Positions 13,440 through 25,015 of a DNA stretch of 64,000 bases are shown here, one piece after another. The translations under genes and the position numbers were made by a program. Under the pieces are notes generated by a model, which saw nothing but the letters and a program-made list of their open reading frames with translations, was not told the DNA's origin and searched no databases. Each line of letters begins with the position of its first letter. The first letter of the stretch is position 1. The stretch is from Octopus sinensis (Eukaryota): contig NC_042997.1 in NCBI RefSeq assembly GCF_006345805.1, forward strand, positions 80,290,001-80,354,000. The letters run 5' to 3'.

Positions 13440-14400
13440 TTCCAATGTTTGCTTTGGTATTGTTTCTATGACTGGGTGCTCTTCCTAAAGCCAACTAGTT
13501 TACTGAGTGCGTCTTTCAAGTGACAATCAATTGAGAGGTTACCAACTAACTCACAACACTAAGATCTCTTACAACTGAATGAGAGTATAGTAGTGAGGGA
13601 GGCAGTTTATGCTGGGTGTTGAGAGGTTAAAAATGTGAAAGAAGTGGCAAGAACAAGTAGATACATGGTTACTTTGCATTACATAGGCATAGGTAGGAGT
13701 GATTGAAGTACAGATGATGGGAAGATAAGATGGTGATGAAGTGTTAGAATGAGCCCACAAGAGACATGAAGAATAGAAGAGTGATGATAGAAGAATGGGA
13801 TGGGTGGATAGAGGTTGCAGGAATGTATGGGGAGAGTGAGGGATGTTTAGAGGGTGAATGTAAGTGAATGCTGAACAACAATGAAAGAAGGTGGTCAATG
13901 ATAAATGGGTTGGAGCTAAGGTGATGACTGGCAGTACAGAAAGTATAAAGAGCAACTGAATAGTAATAAAGTAGGCAGAGGAAAGATAAGAGAAAGAGTG
14001 ATGCCTGGGTGGTAAGATTGTGAGAGTGAGAGACAGTGTGTAAGGAGAGTGAAAGACATTATAGTGATAGGAGTGTATCAATGGTAAGTGGCTCATGGAA
14101 TAGGAAGTAATAGGTAGCACAGAAAAGAAATCAATGTAAAATTTGAGTGAAGAGGGACAACATAAAGAATAAAGGATGAATGACAAAGAAAGTAGTTCCA
14201 GGCAGTGGGAGAGATAACTGGTTGTATAGAAAAGAGTGATGAAATATGTAAGTATGTTCTTATTTAATTACAACAGCAGAATACTAAAGTAGTCTGGTAA
14301 GTGATAAAGGGATCAGTGACAGAGATGAGAGAGTGGTAGGGAAAAGATTGATGGAGAAAAAAATAGAGTGAGGGGTCACAGTTGTGTATATATACAGAAT
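13440..14400 (-). mobile_element. CT-rich body plus RTE-like tail element, copy 2
   Basis: Tail (gctttggtattgtttctatgactgggtgctcttcctaaagccaac) followed by an AG-rich plus strand. Confidence 0.55.
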
Positions 14401-14449
14401 GCTTTTGGAACCTTAGTTTTGCTCTGAAGGGTGGGTCTCCTTGAACACT

Positions 14450-14760
14450 GCATATTGCCAACCATCTCAGTCCTGTGATCAGCCTTTACTATTGCTTCCC
14501 ATGCCTTTTTGAATCTCACTCTTCCACAAGCTCCATCAACATTGAGTGGCACTTCTTTATGCAGATGACCTCATCCATATGGATCATGCATCCATACCAG
14601 TGCAGTATTCTATCTTAAGTCCAGTTTTTCTCTCAACATATTACTTTGTCATTCCTGCACATCCATCAGAGCATGCTCACTTCATTTTCTTTCCAGTATT
14701 GTGTATTCAAAGTGTGCAGGCCTTGAATGCAGACGACTTATGAAAACTTCTGCATTCTGT
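14450..14760 (-). mobile_element. RTE-clade LINE 3' fragment, minus strand
   Basis: Reverse complement aligns by eye with 52840-53130 (gaaatgaag-agcatg, gagagaaaaactggac, ataaagaagtgc). Confidence 0.7.
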
Positions 14761-15087
14761 TCAAATTTCTCTGTAGGTTGAAAGACTGATGGAAAGCTTA
14801 ACTGATTTTCAACCATTAGTAAGGTCTCATCAGAGATCTAATCCTGACAAACAAGTAGCCAGTCCATCTATATACACATCAAATCTAGTAGCTTCAGAGA
14901 ACTGGAGTAACTAATTTGCATACTATAAGCTCATTCTGTTCCAAAGACCTAGTCTTATATATATCACCTTGACTTCACAACCACCTAACCTGAACATTGC
15001 TATATTTACTTGGACATATTTATATTGTTTTACTATCGAAGTATGGGAAGCTGAAAAAATATTTCATATTTTATGGTAGGCAGGCAG

Positions 15088-15240
15088 GGTTACCAAGTAT
15101 GCAAAGAGTTAAGGAATGGAGTAGATAATATCTGGGCTACATATGTTTCATAGCGAGTGGAACCTCGGAAGTAGTAAATATCTAAGTAAGGGGTATACCG
15201 CAGGCTACTCTTCAGGCCAAGGGTATCTTGATTAAATGAA
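15088..15240 (-). mobile_element. Penelope-like pLTR fragment hosting the 15135-15218 hammerhead
   Basis: Short GC-richer insert containing the HHR, adjacent to a TA-rich microsatellite at 15241-15260. Confidence 0.5.
15135..15218 (-). ncRNA. Type-I minimal hammerhead ribozyme motif, PLE type, intact core
   Basis: Minus strand reads GGC CTGAAGA GTAGC [49-nt loop] GCTAT GAA AC ATAT GT A|GCC. Stem I GGC/GCC, stem II GTAGC/GCTAT, 2-bp stem III closed by palindromic ATAT, GUA triplet. Confidence 0.78.
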
Positions 15241-17597
15241 GTATATATACATATATAATGTGAGTAGTCATATGGCTCCTCCACAGAGCAAGAAACTTGT
15301 TTGCTCTGGTCCCTTCTCTCATACTTTGATCCCTCATCTCCTAGCATAAAACTCAACTACCTTAGGGTTTGTATTCTTGTAAGCTGCATGATGACCTCAC
15401 TAGTGCTGGTGGCATGAAGATGTTTCTTGTTATATAGGAGATATATGACTGATGGAGATAAGAGGATGCTAGTGTTCACAGAATATCAAGATGGTGTGTA
15501 TAAGAGAAGAAGGTTAGTAGATCACAGGAGGGGATGAGAGAGTGGATACTTTCATAAGAGTGTGAGGAGGAAGTGTGGAGGTGAGTGTAGTGAGTGAAGA
15601 ATGAGGGTGGGAGGTGCAGATGATGAGAAATATCAATATGCAGAGGAGTGAGGTGGGAGATATGAGTGACTTAGGAAGAATAGAAGTGAAAGTAGTAGAA
15701 TGATGTGCAAGGTATAGGAGCTGTGGAGAGAGGAAGAGATAGGGATACATAAGGGGCTATAGTAGGTGGGTTGTGATAGTAGATATAGGAAGGCATTGAG
15801 AAAGATAAGAGGTGTTTAGAATGGCGTTTAGCAGAGGGGAAAAAAGGAGGTGCTAGAATGCACAGAAAGGAAGTGATTAGTTGAAATAGTGAGGGCAAGG
15901 ATGATAAGGAATGGAAGTAGTTTGGGAGGATGGGACTGTTTGGGAAGGTATGGGATGTATTATGTGTGGTATTGCTTGCAGGTGAGTACAGCAGCCATAG
16001 ATTGGGGGGGGGGTGCTTGACACGGCTTCACATACAAGCCTATGTGAGTGGTTTTAGGATATCATTTTTGCTATAACGGGTAGGTTCACACATATACATG
16101 CAAACTTTCACACATGTATAAATATGATAGGCTTCCAAATAGTTTCCATCTACTAATTTCATTCACAAGGCATTGGCAGGCTGAAGCTATAGTAGAATTT
16201 GTTCAATGTAGCACCACATAGTGGGATAGAACCTGAAGCCATTTGGTTATGAAATGAAGTCCCTCTCTATTCAGGCATATCTGCACCTTTATCCTTCAAT
16301 AAGATATGTCTTTTGCAGGGTGACATACATAAAAAGTAACTTACCACATATGAAAACATGGTTCGATTAGTAAAGTACAAAAATACACTGAAGAACTTGG
16401 GAAGTAACATTTGATATAAAGCCAGCATTAATTATGTTATCAACCCAAATAATTAAGAACACATTTAATGGATAGAGCAGATCTTTTAAGCATTGGCAAG
16501 AAAAAGAATTATTAAAGGAAAATTACTCTCATAGATATTCCAGAGTGAGTTATCTCTCTCTCTCTCTGTATAAATGAGTATACACACAGACACACACACA
16601 AACACATAATGAAAAGAGGAGTTAATGTAAATGAGTAGAACTGTTATAAAATATATCAGCAACTCCTGTGGTTAATTTCTCAGAATATTTGATCTCCAAC
16701 ATGAAACATACAACAAATATTGATTAGTACTGTCAGAGAGGTTCACTCATGGTCATTATATATACTTGAAGCTATCATTATAAATCTCATATGCACCTTT
16801 GACGAATATCAACTCCTTAAAGCTATCCCTAAAATTTAGGGAGAGTCTAATAGTTTTATAGTATTGTCTTCACACAGAAGACAAATCATCTACAAGTGTT
16901 GCAGTAAAGGAATAGATAAGAATATCTAACTTATACACATTGAATAGATTTTTATTTCATTTGTCATCAACAAACTTACTAACTACAAGATCATCCCTAA
17001 ATCTCTAAGCCATAAATTACAGCATTAAAAACTGAGCTATCACAGTGTTGATGAAAACTTAACTATTATATTTTCCTGTTCAATAAGAAATAAGATAGGA
17101 ATGCATTTTGGAGAAGACACAAGAATGCTAGCACATAATGGGGCTAAGATGCCATATTGATCAAGAAGCCATAGTGCAAATAGTATGTAAACATTAGTTG
17201 CAATCATAAGACCAACATAGATACACTGTTGTAACTTCTGATAATTATATTCTGATATGATGTCATGTTCTATAGGAAGGTTGTTAAACTATTCTCAAGT
17301 ACAATGAGCTGTAAACTTGTAGAAGAAGGCAGAGAAACTCCTCTGGCTAAAAATAATAAACCCTTTGCATTTGCATCTCTAAATATTATAAAACAAGCTG
17401 CTAAAATAAAATATATTGATCTACATCTCTCAACAACAACATTATAGCTATCTGTCTAGCACTCATTATATATTAAACAATTGTCATAAAAAGGAAATCA
17501 TAGCTAAAGTTTTACAGGGTGGTTGTTGACTCATAAACCTTAATAGGAACAAAAGTATGGATTAAATCAATATCAGCTCCAAGAAGACCCTATGGTA

Positions 17598-18703
17598 TGA
17601 GGGTGAGTTGAAAAGTTCATATGTTGATTATGGAGGAGTGATGCTACAATGGTGAAATCTTACATGCATTAATTTCAACTCTTCTTATTAATAACTGCAT
17701 TGTTTCTTTCCAGGTAAACTGACATCTTACTTTTCAAAGAAGACTTCAAAAGTAATTAGTAGTGGCTTCTCTTGAAAATGGACAAAATCTGTCATCATGG
17801 TGTTATCAAGTACCTGCACGAAAATGGGTTTAACCAGCAAGGACATTCATGGTGATATGGTTACTACATTAGGGGATGATGCTCCAGTGTTATCAACAAT
17901 GCAAAAGTGGGCAGCTGAATTTAGAATTCTGTACAATAATCTTGACATGGCAGGTTTCTGCTTGGTAGGTGTCATGTCTTCTGACATCTAATCAAAAGTG
18001 CACCGGATTGATCACACAATGGGAAAATCTGACATTGTTTGAGGCATATCCAGCTGGTTTCCTTGAATGTTTCCTAATCCAGGATGAGTGTTGGGTTCTT
18101 CACTTTGAGCCAGAGACAAAGAGACAATCCATGCACTGGAAATACTTCTCCTCACCTGTTCCAAAGAGCATCTACAGAGAAGATGATGGCTTCAGTTTTT
18201 TGAGATGCAAAGGGAATTGTGTTTATTGACTATCTTCAAAAGGTTCACACCATCAATGGAGAGTACTATGCCAAATTGCTGAGGCAGTTACAAAAGGCTA
18301 TTAAGACCAAATGCCCAGGAAAACTGACAAAAGGAGTATTGTTTCATTAAGGAAAATGCTCTAGCAACCAAGTCCTTGCTTTCAATGGCTACTGTGTGTG
18401 ATTGTGACTTTGAACTGGTTGATCACCCTTCCTATTCTTGTGATTTGGCTATTATCTGTTCTCCAACATGAAAATACATTTGGCTGGGAACTAGTATCGC
18501 AGTGATAATGTTGTCATATCTGGTGTTGATGACTTTTGGGACCAACAGGATGAAAGCCAGTTCACCAATAGGATCAAAGCACTGCAACACTGATGGAAGA
18601 AGTGTGTGGACTGCAAGAAGAACTATGTTGAAAAGTATACCTCATTTGGTCACATTCCATGAGAGTATCTAGGTCAGCTTATGAACTTTTCAACTGACCC
18701 TTG
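17598..18703 (+). mobile_element. Mariner (DD34D-type) transposon, defective
   Basis: TIRs tgagggtgagttgaaaagttcatatgttga / tcagcttatgaacttttcaactgacccttg, with TA at 17596-97. Fragments MDKICHHGVIKYL, GLTSKDIHGDMVTTLGDDAP, DECWVLHFEPETKRQSMHWK, HPSYSCDL; frameshifts and stops present. Confidence 0.9.
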
Positions 18704-20880
18704 GATTAATTGAATGCTTACGTTTGAAGCATATAAGGTTATAAAAAAAATCTGATGAAACAATTTACAATCTGATACTCTTAAGTGTTTAACATTCAAG
18801 GGTTTATGGTTTGACATGAAGATGTGAATTTCAGAGAGTGTTTATCTTGCACAACATTACATGTGCTGTCGTGGATTGCAATACTTAACTGGTAAATAGA
18901 CAAAAACAATACAATTATTTTCTATCTGTAACTGACTGATGTAGCTTAAAGCTACATGGATTCAGCAAGATTCATTATTTAGAAAGGCTTTAGATATTAA
19001 CTTTGTGGTAAGTGTTTTCACATTCAAATAACTATGGTAATACAAAAACCAAAATGCACCTGTGGAACCACCTTATTACAATAATGATTATGCTTTGACA
19101 TGTACACATGATTGAAAAAAAAAAAAAAAGCCTCTCCTATTATCTACCCTAGCTAATTAAGTAAAAATATAAAGATATCAATTAGTAATAATTGCAAGAA
19201 CAAAACAGAACTCTATCAACATGCCTAACCCAGGAACTGAATCTGGGTTAGAGTTCCTTTAGTTGTTTCATAACTAATATATACATATATATATGCAAAC
19301 TTAGGTTAGTTAAAATATGCTTGTGACATATTGCAGCTAGTAAAGGCAAATTCACTGCAGTTAAGAAAGACAAAAAATTCTCTCTTATCTGCTGAAAGTG
19401 GGTGTATTCCCTGTCATTTAAGTGTGAATTTTCAAACAAAATACATTAAATAAGAGGTAGAGAGGAAACTAATTTCAAATTAAGAAGTACTTAATCTTTT
19501 ATTATATTTCTAAACCCTTATGTATTTCAATTAAATTCTAAAATAATTGTGAATTTAGATTGGTTTCATAAAACAATTCTAACTTTTATATTTATCAACT
19601 TATTTATGTGATTTTTGGAACATGATTGCACAAAAGGTTCTTAACCAGATCTGTTTCATTATTTCTGCCTTAAAGTAAATCTAATTACAGGTAAATACAA
19701 GTAAATTCAACAAAATATAAAATTATTTAAATTTTGTTTAAACATCAGGATAGAAAATGAGTTATTAGCTAATATTCAGTGAGTATACAAAATTTTAATA
19801 GAGAAATTACTGGATTACTTATCAGTTGAACTTAATTGTACATAAAGGTAAAACTGAATGAAATACTAGAATTACTCTTTGAAGAAAACTAGGAATGAAA
19901 TACATGCCATCAGTTAAATGAAATAAACTCACACATGTATATAAATCCATAGAAACACATATAATAAAGATGATTCACAATCAAAATTAATTGTGCTTTG
20001 TCATGCATTTTTAAGGTAAATTAAAATTAAAGTTAAATAAAAAATAAAAACGAGGTAAATTTAAAAAAAAAAAAATTTCGAAATCAAATTTACACACACG
20101 CATACACACACCCACAGTATTCTTAAAAATGCTTGGATTTCTAACTTTCTTCAAAGTATGTGAGAAACCTCAAAATATCTTTTTTCTCTCTTTGTTTACG
20201 TTCTGTGTAACAATTAATTTTTGTAGTAATTGCTTCAAAGGAGAAAATAAAAGAAATAGTCAAATAGTTTCATTTCCAAGAAAAGATTGTGGCTAGGTCT
20301 AATATCTTCCTAAAAAATTACTAAAAAAAACCCAGTTTTTAAATGCTTACTATATTCAGATACAAATTCATTTTCCTTTTTTATTCACTATCAGAACTGA
20401 AGTCTGAATTGTTTCACTTTAGGTAAAAAGAAATTCCTGATTCATAATCACAGACATGGTTTTTATGTTTGCCATAGATTTTCTTAGATTTTTCTGTCTT
20501 CTTTTGAAAATACTTTGAACTCAAAATTCAGTGCTTGGCAACATGAAACTGGTATCCATTTTTCATCCATAGTGAAAAAAAACTCTCCAAAAATTCGCAA
20601 CATTCAGATATCATGTACAATTAATAGTGCATAGTGCAACTCAATTGTTTACGTAGTGAAACCATGTGTTTGCACAAATGTACTAAGATTTCCACTGAAA
20701 TTCTCATTTAAATAACAAATAGGTCATTTCAGACAGTTTTGGTAATAATAATGACGATTTTTTCGGGAGGCTACAGCTTGGTTAGTAACCAAGACATTAA
20801 AAGTATAATAGGTCTGCTTTGTCTTTATACAATTTTACACCTTTCCGCTGCAGGTCTTTTTTTTTCCCACCTGAAATCTA

Positions 20881-21784
20881 TTCGGTCATGCCATAAATAA
20901 TGTGTTTTTTTTTTTATACTCCTTTCATTTTTCAAAATTAAGATAAACAAAGTTCTTTTTTAATCTAAAATATGCTCTCCATTTTCTACAATGCTCTTCC
21001 ATCTATCTGGTAGACTTGTAAGATTCCTCTTCCAAAATTCACTTGTTCGTGACAAAAAATATTCCTCCAGTACTGTTTTCACCTTGTCTGCAGAATACAT
21101 ATTTTTTCTGTCCAAATGATTTTGAAGATTGCAGAATAAATGATAATCTGACAGGGCAATGTCTGGTGAATATAGTGGGTGGGGTATCATTTCCCATTCA
21201 AGCTGCTCCAGCTTTTGAAATGTCATTCTCACTGTATGTGGGTGAGCATTATCTTGATATAAGAACACTTTTCGCCTCCAAAGTTGATCATTTTCCGATG
21301 GTACTTAGGTGTCTATGAAATAGTTGAATGACCAAATCCAAACTTCTCTGCTAGTTCCTCAACAGTTATGATGGGATTTTGTTCCACCAGGGTTTGCGGG
21401 ATATCCTCACAGTCCTACAGATGAGGCTCATCTTCTAGGCTGTAGTTTCTGGCTTGGAATTTCTCCAACCACCATTGACACAGGCTTACGCATATTGTCC
21501 GATCCCCATATACTGCATTAATATTCCTCGCACTTTCTGTTGTGTTGCTGCCTTTATTGAACTCATAGAGCAAAATATGCCGAATATGCTCTTTTGTCAC
21601 TTCCATTATAGCTTTGAAATAATAACTGTTAAAATTGAACTGCAGTCTTCAAAACTTGCACTAAGTACAAGGTAAAATTACTACCTGCTTTTATAGCAAG
21701 TTGATGTAGGTAGTTTATCTTGTCCCCCTCCAACTTTTAGTTCATGCAATTGAAAAAAACCACATTATTTATGAGATGACCCAA
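20881..21784 (-). mobile_element. Mariner (Mos1/Hsmar-like) transposon, internally deleted
   Basis: TIRs ttcggtcatgccataaataatgtg / cacattatttatgagatgacccaa with TA flanks at 20879-80 and 21785-86. ORF pieces MEVTKEHIRHILLYEFNKG (HTH) and QDNAHPH...HPLYSPDIALSDYHLF. Confidence 0.92.
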
Positions 21785-22145
21785 TATCATTGTATAAATA
21801 AATGATAAACAGATATATTGTAATACAATATCCTTATTAACACCAAACACATTCACCATGTCAGGTCTGATAAACACACCCAACAAGTGAAATGTAGTTC
21901 AACCTACTGAAGTTAGATGCACACTTCTCATTAATCACACATTTAAATGTCATACTGAACAATATAGTTCCTGCAATACAAATAATGGGATTGTCACAAA
22001 GAGAATACTTTTTTCATAGCTTTTTGATTACAACTACTCTGGGACATGATAAGATCACGGTTTCCTTTGGGTCAATGAGACAAGGCTTTTATGCAGGCAT
22101 GCAACCTGTTAAATATAGCAGCTACTAGATTTCCCTCAAATCATA

Positions 22146-23439
22146 CAGGGTAGGGGCAGAGAGGATGGACGTTTTTGAAATGAATATTAATTAGCTCCAA
22201 GGGGAGGGAGATAATACAACAGTTACCATTCGGTCTGTGGTGTTTTACTATTTTTTTTCCCTTGAAGTGAAGCCATGGCATTGTGGATGATAGAGCATTG
22301 TGTGTTTGCCTATGACAGTTACATGGAGAATAACAAGTCTGTCACAGAAGTTCAGCATGAGTTTCAGCACTACTTCAGCATTCACCGAAATCAGGATGTT
22401 CCCACCTGTAACACAATCTTACGATGGGTGAATGCACTTTGTACACAAGGTACACCAATGAATAGGAAACTGGTGGAGGTGTCGCAAACAGTATGGACCC
22501 TGGAAATGTAGAACGCATGGGACAAGTTTTGATATGGAGCCTGAATTACTCTGCTTGGGGGCATTCCACTAAACATTGCATTGGTAATCGATCGATAAGG
22601 CATATTTTACATGAAGATCTGCATTTCCACCCATACAAATTGGTCATTGGGCAACAATTGAAACCATGGGACTATGCACAACAGCTTAATTTTGTATGTC
22701 AGACGGAAGCAATTTTTGAGGCAAAGGACAACTTCATCTTGTTAATGAGTGATGAAGCTCATTTTCATCTCAGTGGCATGTGAATCAATAGAATTGTCTT
22801 TATTAGGCTCTTGAAAATCCAAGAGAACTGCATGAAAGACCACAGCACAGTCCAAAAGTGATGGTCTGGTGTGTTGTTGAAAAAGCTATCATCATTGGTC
22901 CTTATATTTTTGAAGAGAATAATGGAAATGCTGTTCCTGTGACCTCTGAGCATTACATCTAGATGATAAACAATTTCTTTGTGCCTGAATTACAATGAAA
23001 ACATGCCTATTTGATGTGTGTGTTTTCAGCATTCTTAGCCCTCTCTTTCGTGACCACCACATTTCCAGGCTTGCTGACATGACTTGGCTCCCTTAGTCCT
23101 CTGATTTGTCTATGTGCAATCATTTCTTGTGGGGAAACCTCAAGGCACTTGTGTATGCACACAAGCCTTGTACATTGGATAATTTGAAGGAAGCTATTCA
23201 CATGGAAATTGCCCAAATTGACAGAGTAATGCTGGAGAGAGTGGAGGCTAACTTCCAAGAATACCTTTAGAAATGCATCGATGAAAACAGACACCACATG
23301 ATGGATGTTATTTTTCATGCTTAATTTTGACAAATGCTAATTCAATACAAACACATTGATGTCAATAAAATTTGTTTGCAGCTAAAATTAATGATTTTGT
23401 AAATTTTTCAAGAATGTCCATCCTCTCTGCCCCACCCTG
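22146..23439 (+). mobile_element. Tc1/mariner-superfamily transposon (DUF4817-type HTH, probably DD37D/maT-like), defective
   Basis: TIRs cagggtaggggcagagaggatggac / gtccatcctctctgccccaccctg, TA TSD at 22144-45 and 23440-41. Fragments FAYDSYMENNKSVTEVQHEF, LHFHPYKLVIGQQL, MSDEAHFHLSG, IIGPYIFE, HFLWGNLK. Confidence 0.9.
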
Positions 23440-23576
23440 TACCATTATAAATTAGAAAAGGAAACAGGCTATGTACTCATATATATATATATGGATTTAA
23501 GATATATTGGTGTATTGAATGAAATCAAATGTTGGCACATGTCATACCTTTTGTGTCATAAATGTAGATTTCTCTA

Positions 23577-23929
23577 GGCACAGGCATGGCTGTGTGGTAA
23601 GAAGTTTCTTTCCCAACCACATGATTCAAAGTTCAGTATCACAGCATGGTACCTTGGGCAAGTGTTTTCTACTATATATAGCCCTGTGAATGGATTTGTA
23701 GACGAAAATAGAGAGAAGCCCATTGTATATAGACGTGTGTGTGTGTCATTGTCTGTCTCTCACCAATGCTTGACAACCAGAGGTGGGCTGTTTATGTCCC
23801 CGTAACTTTGTACTTTGGCAAAAAGGATTGAAAGAATAAGTACTGGGGCTGATATGTGTGACTAAACTGTTCAAGGTGGTGCCCCAGCATTGTTGCAGCT
23901 TAATGACTGAAACAAGTAAAAGTAAAAAG
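23577..23929 (+). mobile_element. tRNA-derived SINE family B
   Basis: ggcacaggcatggctgtgtggtaagaag...accttgggcaagtg...gccccagcat...taatgactgaaacaagtaaaag. Homologues at 2324-2598 (+), 16125-16275 (-), 33530-33850 (-) and 63370-63560 (-). Confidence 0.8.
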
Positions 23930-24849
23930 ACAGCTACATAGCACTCTCTAAGAACCAAGGTTATGTATAAGTACCAGTTACACACTAGGGTTGATGTAAT
24001 CAACTTGATCCCTTTGTCTGTCCTTGTTTGTCTCCTCTATGTTTAGCCCCCAGTGGGCAATAAGAAATAAATAATAGAGAAGACATATATGGATGAGCAG
24101 TAGTCAACACCCATGTATATTTGTGACACAGTATTTTCTTCACTATCAATGATAATGCTGTCAGTTTCTTTCTTGTACCATTAACAAAATAACACATCAT
24201 CTGAGATTAAATGCTTACCAATGTGAAATGTTTCTGTCATCTAACCTCAATTTTGCACTTCATGGAAATCAGTCAAACCAGCAGAATGGAATTTAAAATT
24301 CCTAATTTTGAATAGATACTGTGACTTTATTTTACATGGAAACCCACAAACCAAAGTAACTACTGAAAAATCATTCGGCCAACTCACTTGAAACTGCCAC
24401 TGGTTCTATAATACATTTGTTTCAAACATTAGCTTAATAAGGACAAACCTATTTAACTAAATTCTTCATTATTTTCATAATTAACAGAAGCAAAGGCAGC
24501 ATATTTCAAAAGAAAAATGGTAACAAAAAGCATTCAAGGGCTCAGATTAATCCAACTGCTGCTCTATGATTTGCACATGGTTCCTTAATTTAGAGGGAAT
24601 GTTTTGAACTTCCATAAATATTTCTTTTAATCAGAAATTTGTTTGGTAAATGCGGATCTGATGTTAAACAATAACTCTACGAACAACACTCTTAATTAAC
24701 TTAAAAGAATGCTCCCCATTAACTTCAGAACAAAAAAATCATTTCAGGTGCTCAGATCTTTTTAAGAAAATGTTTGGAATTGATCAATCACACATTCCCC
24801 TAGCATTAGACAGCTGCATTAAATAAGTCTGAACAGGAAAATTACTTAC

Positions 24850-25015
24850 CCGTCCATGCGGTAGTCAGGAAGGGATCTATTTAATGATATCATGTCACTA
24901 GCCACTAAATTGAATTGATTAATTTTAAATTTTTCTTTAGACTCTTGCTGCCTGTATGCTGGTACAATGACTGGTTTTCCATACTCCCCAGGACCTACTG
25001 GATGTGGTATCAAAA
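24850..25015 (-). CDS. GALNT1/GALNT13-like: Polypeptide N-acetylgalactosaminyltransferase, internal coding exon (stem region), 166 nt
   Basis: Translates (x)[54 protein letters not shown](G), matching the GPGE-GKPV...[20 protein letters not shown] signature of GALNT1/13. Acceptor gcatttcatttcag (AG at 25017-25016), donor GG|gtaagt (GT at 24849-24848). Phase 1 in, phase 2 out. Confidence 0.95.

Noticed and set aside
14546-14743. Plus-strand ORF containing LYADDL, which looks like a reverse transcriptase active site
   Set aside because: The segment is the reverse complement of an RTE 3' region (aligns with 52840-53130). YADD arises by chance on the antisense strand and has no flanking RT motifs.
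14790-14842. Minus-strand CTGATGA GACC..GGTT GAAA motif (hammerhead-like)
   Set aside because: Core and stem II fit, but stem III and stem I cannot be formed convincingly in type I or type III topology.
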